Source: Candidatus Eiseniibacteriota bacterium
GTDB taxonomy: Bacteria; Eisenbacteria; RBG-16-71-46
Assembly (NCBI GenBank): GCA_963717935.1
Contig: CAVQXP010000004.1
Coordinates: 1,696,001-1,760,000 of the forward strand
DNA: 64,000 nt
Reading direction: 5' to 3'
In this document: in pieces, positions 57,209 through 64,000 of the stretch
How the letters are laid out: each line of letters starts with the position of its first letter
Position numbering within the stretch: position 1 is the first letter of the stretch
The notes under the pieces: generated by a model
Seen by the model: only the letters and a program-made list of their open reading frames with translations
Database searches by the model: none
Told to the model about the DNA's origin: nothing
Translations under genes and position numbers: made by a program

Positions 57209-58268
57209 ATGTCGATCACCCGCTCTGAAGACGTCCTGACCGCCCTGCGCACCGTGCAGGACCCGGATCTGCGCCGTGACCTCGTGACCCTGGGCATGAT
57301 CGAGGACCTCGTGGTCGAGGACGGCGAGGTCGCCCTCACCCTGGTGCTCACCACCGCGGCCTGCCCGCTGCGCGGTCAGATCGAGGGCGACGTGCGCCGG
57401 GCCGTCATGGCCGTGCGCGGGGTGCGGAATCTCAAGCTGACGACCACCTCGCGCATGCGCAAGCCCAAGGATCCGACCGCCGACCGACGGGCGCTGCCCG
57501 GGGTCGCGCACGTCATCGCCGTGGGATCGGGCAAGGGTGGCGTCGGGAAGTCCACGGTGGCCGCCAATCTCGCCATCGCGCTGGCCCTGACGCGGGGCGA
57601 AGGTGGGCCTGCTGGACGGCGACATCTACGGGCCCAACCTGCCGCGCATGCTGGGCGTGCACGACCAGCCCGAGCAGCGCGAAGGCAAGATCATCCCGCT
57701 CGATGCCTTCGGCATCCGCTTCATGTCCATCGGGCTGCTCGTGCCGCAGGGCGAGGCCGTGGTGTGGCGTGGTCCGATGCTGCACGGAGCGCTCAAGAGC
57801 TTCCTGCACGACGTGGACTGGAGCGGCCTCGACTACCTGCTCGTGGACCTGCCGCCCGGGACCGGCGACGTGCAGCTCTCGCTCACCCAGTTGACGTTCG
57901 TGGACGGGGCGGTGGTCGTGACCACGCCGTCGGCCGTGGCCCTCGACGACGCGGTCAAGGCGGTGGACGCCTTCCAGAAGCTCCAGGTGCCGGTGCTGGG
58001 CCTGATCGAGAACATGAGCTACTTCGTCTGCCCGGACTGCAAGGCGCGCCACGCGATCTTCGACACGGGCCGCACCGAGGCGCGGGCGCTGGCACTGGGA
58101 GTGCCGTATCTGGGCGCGGTCCCGCTGCACGGCGCGGTGCGCAGCGGCGGTGACGAGGGCCGCCCGGTGGTGGCCGACGACCCCGGCAGCGAGTACGCGC
58201 GCGCGCTGCGGGAGATCGCAGGCCGGCTGGCGCAGCGCGTCTCGATCCAGACGCACGGCGCGGAGTGA
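57209..58268 (+). CDS. apbC: Mrp/ApbC/Nbp35 Fe-S cluster carrier ATPase (apparent frameshift near 57590)
   Basis: N-terminal DUF59 (V.DPDL..DLV.LG, LTTAACP); GSGKGGVGKST; DGDIYGP, WRGPM, DLPPGTGD, ENMSYFVCPDC. Confidence 0.93.
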
Positions 58269-59458
58269 CGGCCATGCGCGAGGTCTACGCCGATCACGCT
58301 GCCACCACCCGGGCGGTCCCCGAGGCGCTCGCCGCGATGGCGCCGTTCCTGGGCGCCGCCTTTGGCAACGCGTCCTCGGCGCACCGCCGGGGCGAGGCGG
58401 CGCGCGAGGCGGTCGAACGGGCCCGCGCCAGCGTGGCGGCGCTGATCGGCGCGCTCCCCGAGGAGATCGTCTTCACGGCGACCGGTTCCGAGGCCAACAA
58501 CCTGGCCCTCAAGGGCGTGCTGCTCGCCCTCGATCACGGGCGCGCGCGCGGACGGCGCCGGCTGGTGGTCTCGGCCATCGAGCACCCGTCGGTGCTCGAG
58601 ACCGCGCGCCACCTGGAGTCGCGGGGCTTCCCGCTCACGGTGCTGCCGGTCGGGGCGGACGGGATCGTGGACCCGGAGTGCGTGGAGCAGGCACTCGGCG
58701 ACGACGTGGCGCTGGTCTCGGTGATGGGGGTGAACAACGAGGTCGGCACGATCCAGCCGGTGCACGAGATCGCGGCGCTGGCCCACGCGGCCGGGGCGCT
58801 CTTCCACTGCGACGCGGTGCAGGCCGTGGGCCGGATCCCGATCGCGGTGGGCGAGCTGGGCGCGGACCTGCTGAGCCTCGCCGGGCACAAGCTGGGCGGG
58901 CCGCCCGGGGCGGCGGCGCTCTACGCGCGGCGACGGCTGCGGCTCGTGCCGCTCGTGCATGGCGGGCACCAGGAGCGCTCGCGGCGCGCCGGCACGGAGG
59001 ATCTCGCGGCGCTGGCGGGCCTGGGCGCGGCGGCTGGCCGGGCGCAACGGCGCCTGGCGGCGGACGAGCCCGCGCGGCTCGGGGCGTTGGGCGAGCGTCT
59101 GCGCGCGGGGCTCCTCGCGGCGTGCCCGGAGACGCGCCTGAACGGGGACGCCGCGCAGCGCGTGCCGGTCATCTTGAACGTGTGTTTTCGCGGCGTGGAC
59201 GGGGAGTCGTTGCTGCACGAGCTGGACCGCGAGGGGATCTCGGTCTCGACCGGCTCGGCCTGCAGCGCGGCCAGCCCCGGACCGTCGCACGTGCTCACGG
59301 CCATGGGACTCCCGCCGGCGGACGCACACGCGAGCGTGCGCTTCTCGCTGGGCGAGGGGAACGACGAGGCCGACATCGACTGGATCCTGGAGGCCACGCC
59401 GGCCGCGGTCGCGCGCCTGCGCGCGATGGACGCTCCGGGCGTGCGCCGCAGCGCCTAG
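58265..59458 (+). CDS. iscS: Cysteine desulfurase (IscS/NifS group I)
   Basis: [57 protein letters not shown]. Confidence 0.93.
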   Translation: MTAMREVYADHAATTRAVPEALAAMAPFLGAAFGNASSAHRRGEAAREAVERARASVAALIGALPEEIVFTATGSEANNLALKGVLLALDHGRARGRRRLVVSAIEHPSVLETARHLESRGFPLTVLPVGADGIVDPECVEQALGDDVALVSVMGVNNEVGTIQPVHEIAALAHAAGALFHCDAVQAVGRIPIAVGELGADLLSLAGHKLGGPPGAAALYARRRLRLVPLVHGGHQERSRRAGTEDLAALAGLGAAAGRAQRRLAADEPARLGALGERLRAGLLAACPETRLNGDAAQRVPVILNVCFRGVDGESLLHELDREGISVSTGSACSAASPGPSHVLTAMGLPPADAHASVRFSLGEGNDEADIDWILEATPAAVARLRAMDAPGVRRSA

Positions 59459-59477
59459 ACGGGGGAGGAGACGGACC

Positions 59478-60398
59478 ATGGACCAGAACGAGCAGTTCCG
59501 CCTGAAGGTGGGCCTGGCCGAGATGCTCAAGGGCGGCGTGATCATGGACGTCATGACCGCCGACCAGGCACGCATCGCCGAGGAATCCGGCGCCTGCGCC
59601 GTGATGGCGCTCGAGCGCATCCCCGCGATCATCCGGCGCGAGGGCGGCGTGGCGCGCATGTCGGACCCCCGGCTCATCCGGGAGATCGAGGCCGCGGTCT
59701 CGATCCCGGTGATGGCCAAGTGCCGCATCGGCCACCTGGCCGAGGCGCAGATCCTGGAGGCGCTGGGCGTGGACTTCATCGACGAGAGCGAGGTCCTGAC
59801 CCCGGCCGACGAGGAGAACCACATCGCCAAGCACGCCTTCAAGGTGCCGTTCGTCTGCGGCTGCCGCGACCTGGGCGAGGCCCTGCGCCGCATCGGCGAG
59901 GGCGCGGCCATGATCCGCACCAAAGGCGAGGCCGGCACCGGCGACATCGTCGAGGCGGTGCGCCACATGCGGGCGGTGCAGCAGGAGATGCGGCGCATCC
60001 AGGGCCTGCGCGACGAAGAGCTGATGGCGGCAGCCAAGCAGCTGGGCGCGCCCTACGAGATCGTCCTGCAGGTGAGGGCGCTCGGGAAGCTGCCGGTCCC
60101 GAACTTCGCCGCCGGCGGGGTAGCCACACCCGCGGATGCCTCGCTCATGATGCAGCTCGGCGCCGAGTCGGTGTTCGTGGGCTCGGGGATCTTCGAGGTG
60201 GGGGATCCCGATCCCGAGAAGAAGGGGGAGCGGCGCCGCGATCAACTGCGCATGGCCCGGGCCATCGTGCAGGCGGTCGCGAACTACGACAAGCCGGAGA
60301 TCCTCGCACAGCTCTCGGAGGGACTCCCGAAGGCCATGAAGGGCATCTCCGTCGCGGCGATCCCGGCCGGCGAGCAGCTCGCGAAGCGGGGCTGGTGA
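59478..60398 (+). CDS. pdxS: Pyridoxal 5'-phosphate synthase, lyase subunit
   Basis: [64 protein letters not shown]. Confidence 0.97.
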   Translation: MDQNEQFRLKVGLAEMLKGGVIMDVMTADQARIAEESGACAVMALERIPAIIRREGGVARMSDPRLIREIEAAVSIPVMAKCRIGHLAEAQILEALGVDFIDESEVLTPADEENHIAKHAFKVPFVCGCRDLGEALRRIGEGAAMIRTKGEAGTGDIVEAVRHMRAVQQEMRRIQGLRDEELMAAAKQLGAPYEIVLQVRALGKLPVPNFAAGGVATPADASLMMQLGAESVFVGSGIFEVGDPDPEKKGERRRDQLRMARAIVQAVANYDKPEILAQLSEGLPKAMKGISVAAIPAGEQLAKRGW

Positions 60399-60402
60399 CG
60401 GA

Positions 60403-61038
60403 GTGGGGCGCCCCCGGGTCGGAGTGCTGAGCCTGCAGGGCGACTTCGAGCGGCATGGCGCGGCGCTCGCGGCGCTCGGGGCGGAGCCGGTGCGCATCTC
60501 GCGGCCGGAGCACCTCCAGGACCTCGAAGCGTTGATCGTGCCGGGGGGCGAGTCCACCACCATGCTGCGGCTGCTGGAGGCGACGGGGCTGCGCGCGCCG
60601 CTCGAGGCCTTCGTGAAGCACCGGCCGGTGCTGGGGACCTGCGCGGGCCTGGTGCTGCTGGCGAAGGAAGCCGGTGCGCTGCCCGCTCCGACGCTCGGCC
60701 TGCTCGACGTTTCGGTCGAGCGCAACGCCTACGGACGGCAGATCGACTCCTTCAGTTGCCCGCTCGAGGTCGCGGCGCTGGGCGGGCCGTTCGACGCGGT
60801 CTTCATCCGTGCGCCGCGCATCCGCCGTGTCGGCGCGGGCGTCGAGGTGGTGGCGCGCGCGGCCGACGGCGAGCCGGTCGCGGTGCGCGAGGGACGCGTG
60901 GCGGGGCTGGCGTTCCACCCGGAGCTGACGCCGGACAGGCGGTTCCACCGCTGGTTCCTGGGCGAGGTGGCGGGGCTCGCGCTGCCGGCGGAACCGGCGA
61001 GCGCGCCCGCGGCGCGGCAGAGCGGAGGCCGGCCGTGA
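60403..61038 (+). CDS. pdxT: Pyridoxal 5'-phosphate synthase, glutaminase subunit
   Basis: GVLSLQGDF, PGGESTT, GTCAG, RNAYGRQ, FIRAP, FHPEL. Confidence 0.96.
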   Translation: MGRPRVGVLSLQGDFERHGAALAALGAEPVRISRPEHLQDLEALIVPGGESTTMLRLLEATGLRAPLEAFVKHRPVLGTCAGLVLLAKEAGALPAPTLGLLDVSVERNAYGRQIDSFSCPLEVAALGGPFDAVFIRAPRIRRVGAGVEVVARAADGEPVAVREGRVAGLAFHPELTPDRRFHRWFLGEVAGLALPAEPASAPAARQSGGRP

Positions 61039-62054
61039 CGGAGACGCGCCCGGACCGCCAGGCGTTCCACGAATTCGTCGCGAAGCACTCCCGCCTGCTG
61101 CTCACGACCCACGTGAACCCGGACGGAGACGGGCTGGGGAGCGAGGTCGCGGTGGCCCTGTGGCTGCGCGCGCTCGGCAAGCAGGTGCGCGTGCTCAACG
61201 ATTCGCCGGTGCCCGCCGCGTACGTCTTCCTCACACGCCACGTGCCGGTCGAGACGTTCGAACCGGAGGCGGCCGAGCGAGCCTTCGACGAGGCCGACGC
61301 GCTGGTCGTGCTGGATGTCAGCAACCGCCAGCGCATCGGGCGGCTGGCGCCGTTGCTGGACCGGCACCTGGTGCCGATCGCGGTGGTGGACCACCACGTC
61401 ACGCACGCCCAGGGCTTCGGGCAGGTGAACGTGATCGAGCCCGAGGCCTCGGCCACCGGCGAGATCGTCTACGACCTGATCCGCGAGTCGGGCCGCGACA
61501 TCGACCCGGATCTGGCCGAGGCGCTGTACGTGGCCCTGATGACGGACACCGGCTCGTTCCGCTTCTCGAACACCGACAGCCATGCGCACCGCATGGCCGC
61601 GGACCTGCTCACGCACGGCCTCGATCCCCAGCGCATCCACGCGCAGGTGCACGCGCATGCCTCGGCCGCCCGGCTGCGCTTCTTCGGCGAGGTGCTCGCG
61701 GCCCTCGAGTTGCTGGAGGGCGGCCGGATCGTCGTGCTCGACGCTTCGCCGGAGCAGTTCCAGAAGCACGGGCTCGTGGGGGCCGACACCGAGGGCCTCG
61801 TGGACATGCCGCGGAACATCGCGGAGGTCGAGGCCGTGGTGCTCTTCTCCGAGGTGGAACCCGGCAAGGTCAAGGTGAGCATGCGCTCGACCGGCCGCAT
61901 CGTCGTCGACCAGATCGCCTCCCGTCTGGGCGGTGGCGGGCACCCGCACGCGGCCGGCGTGGCGCTGCGGGGCACGCGCGCCGCGGCCCGCGAGCGCATC
62001 CTGCCCGAGCTGCACCGGTTGGTCGCGGCGCTCCCGCCGGGGCCGCGACCGTGA
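61035..62054 (+). CDS. nrnA: DHH/DHHA1 bifunctional oligoribonuclease / PAP phosphatase
   Basis: THVNPDGDGLGS, VVLD, VDHH, TDTGSFRFSNT, VSMRS, GGGGHPHAAG. Confidence 0.93.
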   Translation: MTETRPDRQAFHEFVAKHSRLLLTTHVNPDGDGLGSEVAVALWLRALGKQVRVLNDSPVPAAYVFLTRHVPVETFEPEAAERAFDEADALVVLDVSNRQRIGRLAPLLDRHLVPIAVVDHHVTHAQGFGQVNVIEPEASATGEIVYDLIRESGRDIDPDLAEALYVALMTDTGSFRFSNTDSHAHRMAADLLTHGLDPQRIHAQVHAHASAARLRFFGEVLAALELLEGGRIVVLDASPEQFQKHGLVGADTEGLVDMPRNIAEVEAVVLFSEVEPGKVKVSMRSTGRIVVDQIASRLGGGGHPHAAGVALRGTRAAARERILPELHRLVAALPPGPRP

Positions 62055-62716
62055 GTGGGGCAGCCGTGGCGGTGGACGCGCTCGCGGTCGCGGCCCTGGG
62101 ACTCGAGCATCTCTACACGGGCCGGCGGGGGCTCCCCGCGCTGAGCTTCGAGTTGCGGGCGCCGGGCGTGGTCGCCGTCAGCGGGCCGAACGGTTCGGGC
62201 AAGAGCACGCTGCTGCGCCTGCTGGCGGGGCTGCTGCCGCCGACCGCGGGCCGCTCGCTCGTGACCCTCGCGGGGCGCGAGGTGCCGCCGCCGGAGCGGC
62301 GCACGGTGCTGGGGTTCGCCTCGCCCGAACTGGCGTTCTACGAGGAGCTCTCCTGCGTCGAGAACCTGGCCTTCGCCGCCGAGGCCCGCGGTGCGCGCGA
62401 CCGCGCGACGCTGGCCTCGGCGGCGCTGGAGCGCGTGGGCCTGGGTGCGCGCGCGCGCGACCGGGTGGCCGCACTGTCCTCGGGGATGACACAGCGCCTG
62501 CGGCTCGCCTTCGCCCTGCTCCTGCGGCCGCCGCTGCTGCTGCTGGACGAGCCGGGCAGCCACCTCGACGAGGAGGGCCGCACACTGGTCGAGCGCATCG
62601 TGGACGAGGAGGCCCGCACCGGGCTCGTCGTCATCGCCACCAACGAATCACGGGAGTGGGGACTTGCCGCCCAACGGATCGAACTCCGCGGCCGCGGTCT
62701 GGGCCATCCTGCGTAA
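62051..62716 (+). CDS. ccmA: Heme export ABC ATPase
   Basis: GPNGSGKST, YEELS..ENL, LSSGMTQRL, LLLDEP; directly upstream of ccmB and ccmC. Confidence 0.85.
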   Translation: MSGAAVAVDALAVAALGLEHLYTGRRGLPALSFELRAPGVVAVSGPNGSGKSTLLRLLAGLLPPTAGRSLVTLAGREVPPPERRTVLGFASPELAFYEELSCVENLAFAAEARGARDRATLASAALERVGLGARARDRVAALSSGMTQRLRLAFALLLRPPLLLLDEPGSHLDEEGRTLVERIVDEEARTGLVVIATNESREWGLAAQRIELRGRGLGHPA

Positions 62717-63338
62717 GGAGTGCCGCAGCGAGTGGCGCACGCGCTACGGGCTGAATGCGGCGCTGCTCTTCGCGGTGGCCACGCTCACCGGCGTCTCGTT
62801 CGCCGTGGGGCGGCTGCCCGACCGCACCGACCTGCTGGCCGCGCTGCTCTGGGTGGTGCTGCTGTTCGCGGCGCTGGCCTCGCTGGCGCACGCCTTCGTG
62901 CGCGAGGTGGAGGGGCACACGCTCACGCTCCTGCGCCTGGTGGCCTCGCCGACCGCCATCGCGCTGGGCAAGCTGCTCTTCAATCTGCTCTTCCTCGTCG
63001 TGCTCGAGGCCGTGACCGTGCCGTTGTTCCTGGTCCTCATGGGCGGGCCGCCGGTGCGCTGGGGGCCGTTCCTGCTGATCCTCGGGCTCGGGAGCCTGGC
63101 GCTGGCCGCCACCACCACGCTGGTGGGGGCGGTGGTGTCGCAGGCCCGCGGGCGCGGGGCGCTCTTCGCCGCGGTCTCGCTGCCGCTGTTGATGGTCGTG
63201 CTGGCCGCGGGCGTGAGCGGGCTGCGGGCGCAGTGGGACGGCGATCCCGTCACCACCGAAGCGCGGCTCCTGGCCGCCTACGCCGCCGTCGTGCTGGGGG
63301 CGAGCGTGCTGCTCTACGATCACCTGTGGGAGGATTGA
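62664..63338 (+). CDS. ccmB: Heme exporter protein B
   Basis: ILRKE..EWRTR, LLWV..LFA, F.REVEG.TL..L, GKL.FN, LF...LPL. Confidence 0.9.
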   Translation: MPPNGSNSAAAVWAILRKECRSEWRTRYGLNAALLFAVATLTGVSFAVGRLPDRTDLLAALLWVVLLFAALASLAHAFVREVEGHTLTLLRLVASPTAIALGKLLFNLLFLVVLEAVTVPLFLVLMGGPPVRWGPFLLILGLGSLALAATTTLVGAVVSQARGRGALFAAVSLPLLMVVLAAGVSGLRAQWDGDPVTTEARLLAAYAAVVLGASVLLYDHLWED

Positions 63339-63339
63339 C

Positions 63340-64000
63340 GTGATCCTGAGGCTGCTGCTGTTCCTGTGGATCGCGGCCGCGATGCTGGGCGGGTTCCTGT
63401 GGGCGCCGCTGGTCGCCGCGCTGGGGGACAGCACGCGGGTGCTCTACTTCCACATCCCCAGCGCCTGGATCACCGTGCTCGCGCTCGGTTGGTCCATGCT
63501 GCACAGCGTCCGGTACCTGCGCACCCGCCGCCTGGGCCATGACGACCAGGCGGCCGCCGCGGCCGGGCTGGGCGTGCTGTTCTGCATCGTGGCGGCCGTG
63601 AGCGGCTCGCTGTGGGCCAAGGCCCAGTGGGGCTCCTACTGGAACTGGGACCCGCGCGAGACCACGATCTTCTTCCTGCTGCTCATCTATGGGGCGTATC
63701 TCGCGCTGCGCAGCGCCATCGAAGGGGAGGAGAAGCGGGCCCGGCTGGCCGCAGTCTACTCGGTCATCGCATTCGTCACCGTGCCCTTCCTCATCTTCGT
63801 GGTGCCGCGCCTGTACGCCACGCTCCATCCGTCGCCCATCCTGCCGCAGCAGGGCGAGGGGCGTGCGATGGACCCGAGGATCCGGATCTGCTTCTTCGCC
63901 ATGCTGGCGGGCTTCACAGTCCTGTTCTTCTGGATCCTTTCGCTCAAGGTGCGCCTCGTACGATTCGAGCGGCGCGCCCAGTCGGAGTCCGCGGCGCGGT
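63340..64000 (+). CDS. ccmC: Heme exporter / cytochrome c biogenesis protein C (runs off the window)
   Basis: My translation: RVLYFHIPSAW, SGSLWAKAQWGSYWNWDPRET (WWD motif), TLHP. Confidence 0.92.
   Translation, partial: MILRLLLFLWIAAAMLGGFLWAPLVAALGDSTRVLYFHIPSAWITVLALGWSMLHSVRYLRTRRLGHDDQAAAAAGLGVLFCIVAAVSGSLWAKAQWGSYWNWDPRETTIFFLLLIYGAYLALRSAIEGEEKRARLAAVYSVIAFVTVPFLIFVVPRLYATLHPSPILPQQGEGRAMDPRIRICFFAMLAGFTVLFFWILSLKVRLVRFERRAQSESAAR

Overview
A 64-kb chromosomal window from a very GC-rich diderm bacterium. A GWxTD protein, a T9SS/FlgD-like C-terminal domain and a 'TWG' C-terminal tail suggest an FCB-affiliated lineage such as Ca. Eisenbacteria or Krumholzibacteriota (inference). Left to right it contains: the 3' end of gltX with tRNA-Gln(CUG) and tRNA-Glu(CUC); rsgA preceded by an apparent leader-peptide attenuator; a ~25-kb Wzy-type polysaccharide locus with exosortase, EpsI, a TPR lipoprotein and PrsK/PrsR; a deoxynucleoside kinase; a twin-hairpin element with mutually complementary loops; ileS under a transcriptional Ile T-box; M23, M6 and NlpC/P60 peptidases and a GWxTD lipoprotein; a probable major outer-membrane porin; an IS3-family element; an uncharacterised beta-barrel plus two-lipoprotein operon divergent from mreBCD-mrdA-rodA; then lgt-aroE-comF-cbiMQO-rarA and mrp-iscS-pdxST-nrnA-ccmABC. 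Many genes, including essential ones, carry single-base frameshifts that are best explained as sequencing or assembly indels. No CRISPR array, rRNA or prophage was seen. All calls come from reading motifs by eye; no searches were run.
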